Source: Raillietiella orientalis
Taxonomy: Eukaryota
NCBI GenBank assembly: GCA_036172245.1
Contig: JAYWIR010000045.1
Location: 744,001-808,000 of the forward strand
Reading direction: 5' to 3'
DNA: 64,000 nt
Positions 39,641-52,099 of this stretch are shown in pieces; the first letter of the stretch is position 1; each line of letters starts with the position of its first letter. The position numbers were made by a program, and so were the translations under genes. Below the pieces are notes generated by a model. It was not told the origin of the DNA, ran no database searches, and saw only the letters and a program-made list of their open reading frames with translations.

Positions 39641-42600
39641 ATGGCGAACCGTATGGGGTCAGTTCGCCGTCGTCACTGGAGCAATGTACGCTCCAAGGTC
39701 GACTGTGACCCGCCGCCAGGGTGTAGGAGAGAAGGACGAATCGAGCCACTTCATGGCCATACCTCCCTCAGGATAGGTGACGCTCGTCGGAGAAGAAGAA
39801 AACAGGGGACACTCATCCGGTAAAGCGAATGATAAGAGGTCTCGAAGCCGAAATAACCTCAACCTGTCCTCAACCTCTGATTGGGCGACAAGCCCAGCAA
39901 TGTCCGCGTTCTGAAGCTCCAGGATCCACGATAGCGACTAGCGGATCCATTCTGGTGAACCGGAGCTTAGGGTTGGGTCACGGCGCTCCCAGTGCGACGC
40001 TCATCGGGTGCCATAGGAGGTGCTGGTGCTGCGGACAGCAAGACGATGACAACCAGGGCAGTTGGGAAGCGATAAGGAGTGCTCGCGGCGATTTGTTGCC
40101 CGAAGCAACCGTCCCAGGGTGGCGCTCAGGCGTTCTTCACGCTTAGGCAGAGTTGGTTCTTCCTTCCAGCGTGGGCAGTGGGTTCCCCAGGTCACTGCGA
40201 GTAGGGGGAAGTGGGCTCAGAAGGTATCTTCTGGATCCTAGTCCTTCGTCCAGATTTCGTTGGTAGCAACGTATGCTCCAGACAGATCTCGGAGATCTGA
40301 CATGCAGCAGGGGTTCCACTCGCATGGATCTTGATCACGATTCAGTCGACCGTAAGTCTCCGAAAAAGTCGGGACGATTGAGCCTTTCGGAAAAAGATCT
40401 TCTTGTCGGGTCTTCGTTCAGTTAAGAAATTTCAAGTTTGCTTCTATCACAGCACGATTCCATCTTACCTCCACGTCATCTCACCGTCATCTGCATGAAA
40501 CGGAGGGGAGACGATGCAAGGTGCTGCGCCATCTTGAATCGTTTCGCCGACAAAAGCGCTCGGAAACTACGAATTTGCCATTGTCGTCTTTCCCTTGCTT
40601 GCTGGGTGTTTCTCACTCAGTGAGATCAGAAAAGTGGGCCGTCATCTCAAAGTAAGCCGTTCACATTTTCTTCTCAAAGGAAGCCCCCTGTGTATACCAT
40701 TTACTCATGTAACGCGAGCATCACATCCGTGCTTTCGAACTTTCTCAGCATGTGAAACGCGCGCTAGAAGTTATGACTTTCTTTCCCTTCTCCATTTCAA
40801 TCGAGAAGAAAATCATCTTGACCACACCCTTGATCTGCTGGAGTTCAGAGTTCTCCTGAGAGCTGGTGAGCCACGTGAAACACGCACAAGAGAGAGCGCT
40901 CTCCGGGCATACCAGCCTCCGTTATCTCCAGTGGCACAGACGTCTGAGGACCTTCCTGCTGATCGGAAAGAGAAAGCTGGAAGTCGGAGGCGCTGCCAGG
41001 ATTCGAGTGAAACGAAGAGTGACCTCCCTTTTCCCTCTCTCAGCCCGCGCAGCTCCCTCCGAAGGAAGAGATGCGCGGAGGCTACTGCCCCACCCTTTCC
41101 AAGATGACGCGCACTCCCGTTTGGCACGCAGCATGATGGCACATCCTCCGCCTGCGGAAAGCTCTCTGATCCCTTGGCCGGCGCGGATCCGCAGCCGCTT
41201 TCCTGTCCGTGCCGGCATGCGTTCCTAAGGCAAGTGTGGCGGGGCTCGGAGAGGACAGCTCCCGTTCGAACAAGACATTCACGGGAAATGCTCCCCATCA
41301 TCTATGAGTCGGGCCGCCCCTGAGATGCTACAGAGGCTTTCGTACATTCCTCGCGCGCGCGCGGGATAGGAGAAGGGGAAAGGAAGAGAGGGAGGAAGGA
41401 TCTCCTTTAATCTGCAGCGCGCGCGTTCCCTCGAGGCCCCGCCCGCAGGTTCGCGATGCCATTCCTCGTGACGGGGCCGGCCCCAAAGGAACAGCCAGCG
41501 TAGGCTGGAAGCCGGTAACCCGGAAGAAGGGTCCAGGCGCTCACCCAAAAGCTTCGGGTGAGCGCGCAGCTTCCTCAGGTGATCGGGAGAAAAGTTGCAG
41601 CCAGAAGCTTGGAGTGAAGGGACAGAACTGCCGCTGGTAGGCGCGCGTTCCTCCGGAGACAAATTCCCCCTCTTCGAGAGCCACCCCTTCCTCATTCCCT
41701 TTCCTCCTCAGCCTCCTTCGTTCCTCTTCCTTCTCCTTTTCCTCTTCCTCCCCTTCCCCTTCCTCCCGCCTCCAGAGGACGCAGCAACTCCTCCAGAGTC
41801 GGCAGCAGACTCCCTGCCTCCTCTCCCGGCGCGCAGGGAAAGGGGAAGGGATCGTGGCTCCTCCCCCGGACAACGCTCCCGGCAACTCCCGGCCGACGAG
41901 CTCAGTAGCTTCGCTAGCAACGAGCGGCTCGTGACCCGCTGAAGAATCCGAGGGAGCTCCCCTGGAGAGAGAGGGGACAGGGAGAAGGCAGCTCTTGGAC
42001 AGCTGCAGGCGGCCGCGCTTCTGCTGTCCGTTCGAAGGAGCATCGCGCGCGCTGCAGGTCTTGAGAGCTCGGAAGCGGACCGGCAAGGAGGACCTTCATC
42101 TGGTCAAAGCGTGGCTGCGCGGCTCGATCTCCGCGCAAACCCGGTCGAAGGTCGGGACTTCCGTCCTTCAACCGCCTCCCAGTAGAAGGGGAGGGGAGAG
42201 ACCCCTGCTGTCCTGGATGCTGGTGAGCACCGTCTCCTCCCTCGCGAGTCCTCACGGGTGGGGATCTCCCGCGCGTCATTGAGCATTCGCCGCATCCCAC
42301 GGTGCCTCCCGCGCCATGGCGGCGCGTTTGATAGTTTCGTCCTGCAGTCGAGTCCTGGGACGCACTGGCTTAGAGGTGGCGGCGGGCGCGTAGTGGGGGG
42401 TTCCTCATGCGCCTTGTGGGCGCTTCGTAGGCGACGTCGGGATCGGTCCCGGCGTTCGGTGGTCGCGCAGGCGGCAGGCGCGCTGTTCTGCTCGGGAGGT
42501 GCGAAGTGGTGGTTCTCTGGTGCGCGAGGAAGGACGGCCCGAGGTACGACCCCAGTCGAGTCGCCGCCTTCCCTCGATGAGGATTCTCCGGCACGGGGAG

Positions 42601-42899
42601 AACCAGGAGGGTTTCTCTGGCTCGCCAAGGCAGCAGGGAGGCCTTTTCCCAGTTGGGGCCGAGTGCGCCTTTCGTCCGGCCAGCTTCGGAGGGAGGAAGA
42701 TGCGCCGGGAAAAATCTGCCCTCCAGTCGCTCACGCCGGACACCAAATGATTCGACTCTGCAGCTGCAGCCCGAAACAAATCGCAAGCACATCCAGACGG
42801 ACGCGTGAAAGGACTGGGAAGCACCCTGGATTTGTCAAATTATTTTTGCCCTGTTGTTGCTTGTCGTGCGTCTCCTCCCCTTTTCTCAGCGTTTCCTCA

Positions 42900-44150
42900 C
42901 TCCACCGGAAGAGAACTCAACTTTAGGTACTTCAGTATTCCGAGCGGAAGTTCTTGTAGTCATCAGCAGTTTGGTTCCTAATGAGCCGATGCTGGGGACG
43001 GCTTTGGAGAGTTTCTTCGAGGAGTCCCGAATAGGGAGTGCAGGCAGACGGAGTCGGCAGTTTTCTATCTTCGTTTTGCTTGCCCCAGGGTTGCCGTGCC
43101 CTCGTCTCTCTCTTCCTTCCCCCCTTCTTTCGCTTTCCCGCTGCAGCGCGAATTATGACCTCTACCGTACGCGGCCTCCGATTCCCGGGTACGAAGATCG
43201 GGAGTTGAGTCTCCTTGGTCGAAAGTCAGAGGTTTCAAATCTTTGCTCAGAACGTGCTGCATCCTGGCTTTCTTTTGGAGGAGGAATGGAGAGTAGGAGT
43301 CAGCGGGAAGTCCTGCTTTCCAATAGGAGCAGGGGAGTGTCCGCCTTTCCTCCGTGGGAGAGAGGGTCGCAAGCGAGGAAGAGGCATTGAAGACGGGTTC
43401 TACAGAAATTTTCAAGCAAGCTTCTCCCAAGAATCTGGCCAGCATCCTCCTCCTGCTCTCCCCATTCCCACCCCATGAGATCGTACGGGTTTGTGGGCAA
43501 AGGAAGCTTGCTGCTGTTTCCATGGAGCATTCCGAGTCATCAGAGAGCGCTGCTTCCCGCAGTAGTCGGAGGGCCGGAGAAGTGCCCAGGTGGTCTTCTC
43601 TTCTGAGAGAGCAGCAAGGGTCAAGTAACTTCTGACCCTGCCTGCTCGTTTCAAGCCGAAGTAACGATGAGATGGGGGCTCAGTTTCCATACACGCCTGC
43701 GCGGGAAACGGAAGCAAAACAGGAAAGAACGGGACTCCTGCTCCCTTGACGCTGGATGAGAGGGGAGCTCGCAGGCAGGGTCACATGAAGGTGTTGGGAA
43801 AGAAGGAAGCGTTCTCCAGGCTCTCTTCGCCGCTGGCATCGGACCTCAGCTCTCGAGGCAGTCAGAACCGGGGATTAGAGAAGGATCTATGGATCGAGAG
43901 AACGAAAAGAAGGAAGTCGGGACTCTCCCGGAGAAGAGAGGAAGAGTAGCACCCCACGGGGAGTAGCGAAGGTCTTTTCAGATCCCGGAACCTTTCTTCT
44001 CACAGGAATGCGTGGACGGAAAGATGGAAGAGGGCGGAGTACCTCCGCGCCGAGAGGTTCGATGGTGCTGCCTCGTTCCGCGCTCCGATCGGCACTGTTC
44101 CAAGGAGTGCCGCTTCAGGAGTGCGGAAGCGCCGTTGCCTTAAGGATCTC
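42900..44150 (+). mobile_element. Degenerate LINE RT and C-terminal remnant (R1/I-like)
   Basis: VPNEPMLGTALESFFEE (PQGSxLGPxLWxxxxD), SANYDL (YADD), VRVCGQ, SVLQALFAAGIGP (EALQVxAGxxP) and ECGS. Strongly decayed. Confidence 0.38.
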
Positions 44151-44629
44151 ATTTCCGGATCGAGTCGCTCAGGAACATCCCAGGAGGCTACTGCTTCCCG
44201 TGGGAGAGAACATGGAAGCTTCGGGAAACGCGCCGGTTGCATCTCACCACCGTTCCAGCTCGACCTCTTCGCGATCCCGGTTTTAAGCAGACTCGCCAAA
44301 GTCCAGATCTCGTTGAGGTCGGGTGGAGAGGGCGACCGTCGCACGTGGCAACGGTCGCGCTCGATTTGGATCCAGCAAGTAGCCGCACGTCCCTTTTCCC
44401 TCCCTTCCTGCCTCTCTTTCTTCTCCCCTTTTTATCTCCCTAGAGTGTCCCCTTGCTAGCTGCAGCCCATCTAGAACAAACATCCCTCTCCTTCTGCTGC
44501 CCTACTGAGGCGATGGCAAATGGCGAACGCGGCTCGCCCGTCGCCGCCGCCGCCGATTCCCACAGCATCCCGCTCAGTCCCCGGAGCAGACCAGCGAGCG
44601 CTCAGAAAGCAAGGAGGGAATGACCTCTC

Positions 44630-45000
44630 TCTGCCTCACCCCGTCCGCCAAGCACCCTTTCGATGCTGTCTTTCGGCTCTGTTTCCTTGAGGCGTCCTCG
44701 AGAGCAGGTACCTCCTACGATTCTCCTTCCTTCCGCTCACCCCTGGAGCGGAGGGAGAGACCCATAGGATGCGGACGATGGTGCCTTCGACGGTGGGAAG
44801 AAGTCTTTCACGATCGGCGAAATGACCCCCGACTTTACTGAGGTGACGCAAGGGAGCCACTCCCTGCTCCCGTGACCTTCCCCCTTCGGTCTTCTTTTCC
44901 TCTAGTCCACCGTGAGGGAGAGACCACGGGATCAAATAGATCGTGGCCAACAGCCACAGGTCGACGGCGACGCATCCTCGTCCTCCTCCCCCTCCTTCCA
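44630..45000 (-). mobile_element. Degenerate LINE RT fragment
   Basis: GCVAVDLWLLATIYLIPWSL (xxDxxxAFDxxxW) followed by SRTPQGN (GVPQGS) at a plausible spacing. Confidence 0.42.
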
Positions 45001-46844
45001 CCTCTTTCGAGTCATATGCCTCGCCGGAGGTGGGAAGCGCGCCTTCCTTCTTTCCAGATGCTCCTGACTCGCAGTCCGGACGAGGCGAGGTCCTGTCCCA
45101 TCTTGTCGCGTCCTCGGAAGGGCACGTTCCTCGGGATCCACAGGCACGGGGGACGTAAACCGGAAATTCTGGCTCTGAGAGACGTCTGCCTAGGAGACCT
45201 AGTCTTTCCTGGACGCGGACCCTTGGGCTTCAGAGGAGAGAAGCGACCAGAAACCGAGACGGAACTTCAACGCGGCGAACACGACAGCCAGCGACCACCT
45301 TCGCCTCGGAAAGCGGACCGCTCGTCGGGGGCGCCACGACTTTCATCCTCCACGGGTGTCCTCGACCGTGCCGGCGTTAGGAGGACGGGACGAGGAGGAG
45401 GCGTCAGAGGGCCACGGGCCCGATAGTCGCGCGGGGATCTGAGCGCGCTCCCGCACGTCCACCCTTTTGCTGCTCCCTTCCGGCGCTCTCCTCGTCGGAG
45501 GGGAGCTTTCGCTGTCCGGGGAGATAAGGGGGGGGTCTTTACATGCATGGGTATGGCGCCACTCTCATTTTTTCGCTGGCGCAGCTTCGTGCTCCGGAAA
45601 TGCCTTTTCCCGGAGTGAGGAGGCGGGCCAAAGACGTACCTCCACGGGCGTCCTAGGAAGGAGGGGGTGTCTCAATTCCTCCTGAGAGGACCAGACGGGC
45701 GGAGGCAGAAGCCACGCGACTCGGAAGACCGAGGTGAGGTGGATCCGCGGGCTGGCGCAAGTCTCGGAGCTTCCGCAAGGCGAGCAGAGGGGCGAGAGGG
45801 AGGGAAGGTGGCTCCCTCATTGCAGGTCAGACCGGACGGAAGAGATTTCTCTGGAGAAGCGGCTGCTTCGGTGGTCCTCATGGAGTGATCGGAAGATCCT
45901 CTCCTGAAAGAGAATCTTCCGTCTGAAAGAGGAAGAAGTTCTTTTGCGAGTGGAGGAGGAACCACGAAAGGACGCCAAGCGAGGAGCTGAGAATCGTGAA
46001 AGGAAGGATGGCGATGTCACTTTTTCTATTCGTGTACCGAGCGAGTCCTGGTCTACCCATTCGCCTGAAAACGGGAGAGTCGAGGGCTCCCTCAGAGACA
46101 TTTTCCGAGGACACACGCGATGACTGCCCCTCACCCTGCTAGCGCCTTTCTCACTGGCCGACTAAGCCGTCCATGCCTGACTCCCATGGGGGGGGGATCT
46201 TCCAGGTTTTCCAGGATCTCACGGAAGTTCCCTCCCTGCGCGAAGGCGAGCCCCGAGCTCCCAGGAAAGACCTCAAACGCGCGGGGCTGCTCGCGTCGTC
46301 TGCGAAATAGGGGATGACACGCGCAGCCATACAGTGCATGAGGAGACCCCAGGAAGAAGAAGGGGGAGTTGGAGAGGCGTTGCCCCTCTGCCGCAGTTCC
46401 GAGCACATCGCCCTCAGGGCTTCTAAGGAGGACCAATTCTCCTATTCTCTTCCTCCCCTCACTGGGACCAACTGACTCGATCGAAAAGCTGCTGTCTCCC
46501 TTTCCATCTTTCCCAACCAGGAGCTCATCTTGGGGGCTGGGGAGCAGCGGGGACGAGCGACTGCAGCCGCGGACTGCCGCATGAATGCACGCGGAAGACG
46601 CCGAGGAGCAGAAGGGAGACTGCTAATCTCCAGTGAGTTGCTTCGGCTGCCTACGTCACGGGGGATAGCGTGGACACGGACCTGTAAGAGCCACAGCCGT
46701 CCTTCTGCCAATTTTTCTTCAGTTTTCTCCGATTTCCCCGTGGACTGCCTCTCCCGGTTTCTTCTATCCAGGATTCAGGACCTTTGTGGGTGGTAAAACG
46801 CATCCACCTCACGTGCCCCTTCCCCTCATGAGTCTTCCCAGCTT

Positions 46845-46950
46845 GATCATCCGCCCCTTGTGCCTATTTGCTTACTCATTTATCATTAGCCCTATCCCCT
46901 CTGCTCCTACTCCTCACCGTCCCCGCCCTCAATGAAATTTCAAACCCCTT
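46845..46950 (+). pseudogene. CYTB: Possible second mitochondrial cytochrome b NUMT fragment (C-terminal part)
   Basis: IRPLCLFAYS followed, after a frame change, by LSLALSPLLLLLTVPALN. This resembles cytb IQPEWYFLFAYA...(GGV)xALxxSxxxLxxxPxxN with an internal deletion. The strand is C-rich and G-poor, like the NUMT at 48840. Confidence 0.4.
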
Positions 46951-46969
46951 CATTTCGCATCGGCTCGTG

Positions 46970-47800
46970 TCGCTCCCTACAAATTGCCCGAATTTCCTTC
47001 CTTTCTTGTCGATAAATGGGACCTGCAGCCTGCAGAAGGTGCCCAGAGCCCGCGCGCTCCATAGGGAGCATCGCGGGAATGTGCAGGCCGGTTTTTGCAC
47101 ACGCGCGCGTGAGACGAGGCCTCCCGCAGCCATCGCTGCGCGCGCGCCTTCTCGGGGGGCATCCTCAGCACATTCCGCCGAGAGCTGAGACCTTTCCTCG
47201 AGGAAGGTCTGTTCTCCCCGCGCCAAGTCCATTGGCACCTCCTCCCTTCCTTCCAACGATCGCGCCCACCGGACCGTTACCGATCCAGAGCGATGGGTCC
47301 TCGCGTCCCACGCGCTCAAATCCAACCCACTTTACCCTGTCTTCCCTCTGTAGCGTCTCCGCCTCCAGATGGATTCGCACCCACCTGTGAGCATTCCCCC
47401 ATTCCCCCTTCTCCCTCCCTGTTTTCTCTTACTTGCTTTCCCTTCCCTCCCTTTTCCCCATCCAACGCAACAATTCGGATTTTCCGCATTCCCTTTTCTG
47501 TGCGTCTTTCCGATGATCGTGTCCGTGCGAGCGTCGGAGGTGGAATGGAAATACCACCGTGGGTAATTGACCTCGTCTTCAGTTATTACCGCCGCCTCCC
47601 GACGTGCAGACGGAGACACCGCCTGTCCCCGTGACGCAATCAGAAATGGAATTTCTGCATCACCGGACGTGAATACAGCGCGGCCGACGCGCGCGTCGAG
47701 GGCCGTCAGCTCCCGGTGGCCTCTTTTCCCGGCTGTCCGCCGTGCTCGTGATGCGCTCCTTTTCGTGCAGCCGCCTTTAGAATGCCTCATCCCCACCCTT
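46970..47800 (-). mobile_element. Degenerate hAT transposase remnant
   Basis: In order: AVFTSGDAEIPF (FFxxxxIPF), YFHSTSDARTDT (xxTxDGWTD), EGARAAMAAGGLV (DNAxNMxAAxxL) and CSLWSARAL (CxAHxL), spaced like the hAT catalytic core. Confidence 0.55.
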
Positions 47801-48839
47801 CCCTCGTCTCATCCTTGCCGACAGGGTGGCCCGGGGAGGTTGGGGGGATAGAAGCCAGAACGGACGCCCTCTTTTCCTTTCTTGGTTCCCTCGCAAGCAG
47901 CTGCGTACTCGAGGGAACCGAAAAAGGAAAGGAATACAAGGAAATGGGAGTGAGAAAAAGCTCAGCAGTCGCGGTGGATGCGTGGAACCGAAGAAACCTC
48001 CGGTTTCCCTGGATACCCCCCGTTGAGATCCCGAGACAAAAGTGACACCGTCCCTGAGGTGTGCGCCGCCACCGCTGCCGCCGCCAGCCGTCCAGGTGAA
48101 TCTGCACGCTTCTTATACAGGAGCGATCGGCCCACCGGAGCGTTTCCATGCCTGCCCTCGAAGGAAATCAGGCAGATCCTGCGCGTAAGTCGGGAGTCTC
48201 CAGCGGAATGCGGAGGGCGACCGGCCAACCGACTTCCGAGCTCCGTCATGTGAACGCTGACGGACACCACAAGAGTTTGACCGACCGAGCATGAGCCGTC
48301 TCCCCTGTTGGGTCCTCCGGAGGCATCCTCATTCCGGATTGCGGCCGGGATCCTATTTCAAATAGGTAAACAAGGTCAATTACGTTGGATACCGCCACGT
48401 GTCGGTCCGTAAGCACAGGTACCCCCCACTGGTGATACAACAAAAGAGTTCAGCAGAGGGAGACGAGAAAGGGATGATAAATAAATAAGTGGGGAATGGG
48501 ATGAGCTGACCGCGCGGGACCCAGCGAGATTCCGAGAGCCTTGGGTAGGTAAGAGATGGCAGGAAAGGGTTTCTCCGCGTTTACTGGTGCCTGCGCACAA
48601 TCATCCGAACTTTCCCTTGAGCCCTCAAACGTCCCAGATTGAGGCGCTTTGTCTCTCTGAGCACGTGGGTGGTGTCCTCGGGATGACAGCCGCATCATCC
48701 CTGCATTTTGGCGGTCGCCACTTCGCGCACTTGGCCGAAGATCGCCCGAAGAGGGGGCAACCGGCACGCCTGGAGGAGTGAGCGATCTTCCTTTAAGAAG
48801 GGCAGCTTCCTATAGAGAGCTGAAGTGGCCCTGCTATGC

Positions 48840-49090
48840 ACTCCATAGTAATCACCTCCCTATCACGCCTATTCTTTCTCCATAAAAACTTTCCTTCAAA
48901 TCCTCTAGGAACCAAAAGAAACCTATACGTACTCCCCTTCCGATCATTCTTCATCACTAAAGACCTAACAAGCCTTCTACCACTCGCTACACTTCTAAAA
49001 TATTCACTTAAATATTTTTTGGAGTTTTTGAACATCACCATAGAGTGAAATCTATCAATAATTTCATAATCAAATCCCAATAAACTCAAG
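48840..49090 (+). pseudogene. CYTB: Nuclear mitochondrial insertion (NUMT) of cytochrome b
   Basis: An AT-rich, G-poor island in GC-rich DNA that translates (invertebrate mitochondrial code) as SRLFFLHKNFPSNPLGTKSNLYVLPFRSFFITKDL, matching the cytb signature HLxFLHxxGSxNPLG...IPFHPYFxxKDL. AGA is read as Ser there. The 3' ~90 bp are less certain. Confidence 0.85.
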
Positions 49091-49299
49091 GACAGGGTTC
49101 CCAATGTCCTGCAGGGGGAGCACTCCTTGGGCACTTTTCCCGCCGAGGCGCGGCGGCGTTCCTCGAGAAGAGCGATGCAAGATGAAGTCTGCTGGTAACG
49201 TGGAGGAACAAAGACGGCGGCGGAGCCCATCAGCAGGCCCGGAATCTCAAGGTCTTCACGGGGAGTCCCGAAAAACTCGATCCACCTCGCGGACCCTCA

Positions 49300-51450
49300 G
49301 CAAGGCATGGTTTCGCTCGCGAGTCGAGACGCTGCCCGTTGGGAGACGGGCTTGTTGGCCTCCGCGGTCCGGCAGGTTACCGCCCACGCTGCTGGAGTGT
49401 CGGTCTCCTCTTCATCCAGGAAGGAGGACTCGTGGCATCTCGAATGGTCTCCCGCTGAGCCCTGGGAAGCAGACTCGCATCGTCCAGGATGTCTTCGGTT
49501 GGAAGTATCTCCTCAAGCAGCTGATGGGACTGCTGTTGGGGAAACCATCCAGATGCCCCCGTATTTACAGTGCCTCTTGCCACCGAATGTTTCCGCGAAG
49601 CGGGCCGCAGGGTGCGCGACTCGCTTTCGCGACAGTCAGCAAGGCTCGCTGCAGGAAGGTGACCTCCCAGCAGGCACTCAATCGGGGAAGCAGGTGACAC
49701 GGGCATCTCCCGCGCACGCGGCTATGTGGGAGGATGGCCGCGAGTCCTCCGCAGCTTACCGCATCCTTCAGGAGGATGCGCGAAGAAGACACACCAGTGG
49801 CTGTTCCACATCCTCTCCATGGGAGGAACCAACCTCCGGAAGGAGGCTTGCAGCTGCCCGTATTCGGAGAAGACGTGGGGACCCCACGCATCCTGGAGAG
49901 GGGGGAGCCCAGTCTTCCTCCGCAGTTCTTTCCGATCGGGCAGAGTCCCTCAAGACATGCCGCATCAGGTCGGAGACCTGAAGGGGCACTCGGCAGTCGT
50001 CGGTGTAGGCAGAGGCCAGAAGCACGGCGGGACAATGAGGTCCCACCGTAGATGCCTACCCGGGATGCGGAAGCTCCCTGTCGCTAAAGGGAGAGGGGAG
50101 ATACGCTGTGACCCGATCGGCTCTACGGGACCGTACTTCCCTCGGGAAGGAGGGACTCGCCAACGCCTCCATCCCCCCCCCCCCCCAAAGTGAGGGATCC
50201 GCCCACGAAAATTTCTGAGGGGGACCCCGTTGTCATCTGTTGAGCAGCCAAATGTCAGGATTTTCGACTTCCGCTGACCTGGGTGTCGGCACCCTTGCAC
50301 AGGAACTCGGAACGAGGCTGCAGGGATCTCCTTAGGAGGCACGAGGAGCGCCTCATCTGCGTGTGGCACTGCTCAATTGGAATTTCAGGGATCGGAGCCA
50401 AGATGAGACCATGAGGGCGCAAGGCCGGAAGTGAAATTTATCCGCCTGAGCAAGGGGTCCGTAAGCGAGCTGACACAAGCGGGGAAGAGGGGTTGAGCAA
50501 CAGACAGGACCGCTGTTCGATTCTGTTCGTCAGGAAGCTCTCCTAGTCCACTCCGAGCAAATAGGGGACTCTTCGGTAGCTCCCTATGCTCTCAGAGAAA
50601 TGCAAGACACCTCTCCCACAATGCTCATCCCAAGCCAGAAAGACGAGCCGATGTCCCGGATCCGAAGGGTCACCCGGAGGCGACCAAGAGCAGGCGGCGG
50701 CCTCTGGCCAGTCCGTCTTCGGGATGGACTCCACGCTTCGACGGCATGGGGTGCTCCGGGGAGGGCGAGGGTCAAACGACCTTGCAGGAAGTCCGCCATC
50801 CTTCCAGGATAGCAGGAGAGTTCCTCGTGAGGGATGCAGGGATCCGTCGAAGGACCTGGAGATGGACAGAATTCCGAGGAGACGAGTGGAGCGCATCAGA
50901 AAAGGCGTGAACACGGGGGCGCTCCCAAGACGCGTGATGGAAGAAGCGAATGGATCATCGACTCTACTGGCATCTCCCTGAGGGGCCACAGATTTCTGTG
51001 AGGCCGGGTCAGAGGAAGCAGGCAGGCTACGGGAGCGGTGGAAAGTGACTCCTCCCTTTCCCTCCCTTTGACTCCTTTGTCGATACCCCATTCCCCCTGC
51101 TCCTTCGTGATTGAAACAACAGAACCTGAGGGCATTCCATGCAGCTTCCCTGTTCGTTGGTTCCTCGGGGAGGACGATCGATCGGTTTCCCTCGGGATGG
51201 TCGTGGTAGAGGTCGGAACTTGCGAAAGATGCCGGGCCGGACGGGCCTGACTCTCCACGAAAGCAGACAGGATCATTCTTCCTGTTCGAAGGGTGGTCCA
51301 GCGCATGCAGCGAGGGCCAAAGCGGGCTGGTGAAGGAGGCGTGGCCGGCAACCACAACGTGGGCGTGGAGAAGATGTCTCGTCGGGAAGCTCCTGAAGAA
51401 GAGGAAGGTGGACTGATCGCGAGGAGTTCGTTCCTCCACGCCATCTCGTC
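49300..51450 (+). mobile_element. Degenerate LINE ORF2 (endonuclease to RT start), R1/I/Jockey-like
   Basis: AGVSV, YLQCLLPPN (xxYxPP), EGDL..AHAAMWED.GRE (GDFNAHxxxWG), KMPG(fs)DG (KAPGPDG) at ~51225 and WRRCLVGKLLKKRK (WKxAxVxxxxKxGK). Confidence 0.5.
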
Positions 51451-51559
51451 CGCGTCTCCTCCGCTGCTGCACCATGGACACGACTCGCAAGCAAGCAAAA
51501 GTGAATGATCCCGGAAGCCCGACGGCGGGAGGAATCGGTCGCGCACCTCGTCAGGATGC

Positions 51560-51950
51560 TGCTGACAAGGCGCGTTGGCGAATTGCCTCAGCCCTTAGGG
51601 ATTGCTGGCGCCGTTTCTGGAGCCGTGCGTCCGGATAACAGAACCTAGATCCCGGATCGCATCCGGCGATTCCAGTACTCTTGCACGGTTTCCCAGGAGC
51701 GCCCGAATCGCCGTTCAGCGACTTTCCGCAATGCAGGAAAAAACAAAAAAAAAAAAACGCACCCGAAAGAGACCCGAATCTTCGCGGATGCCACACGCAT
51801 GCACGCACGCACGCACGTACGCACACGCCTCCGTAGAGATTTTTGGTTAACGCTCGATAACACTGTCCGAGAATCAAAAAGATTCCATCTTAGCCGGAAG
51901 TTTGCCTCCGCCGCCGCCGCTACTTGCACTTGGTGCCGGGCGAAACATGG
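51560..51950 (-). mobile_element. Degenerate BEL/Pao RT C-terminal fragment, interrupted by a (GCAC)n microsatellite at 51793-51828
   Basis: AEANFRLRWNLFDSRTVLSSV (GFNLRKWxSNSxxVL), KSTGIAGCDPGSRFCY (KxLGxxWDPxxDxF) and LQKRRQQS (TKRxxLS). Confidence 0.4.
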
Positions 51951-52099
51951 AGCTCAGAAAGCTCAAGCAAAAAAAAAAAAAAGAAAAAAAAAAATACACT
52001 TCCGTGATGCCTCGTGTGCTCGGGAGAGGGCAGGAAGACGGATGGCACACGTTGGACGAACGGCATCATTCATCCCATCTTATTCATTTATTTAGTTTT

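Noticed and set aside
41690..41770. Polypyrimidine/polypurine tracts and long A/T/G homopolymers here and elsewhere
   Set aside because: Low-complexity slippage products with no specific evidence of function; homopolymer lengths may also be sequencing error.
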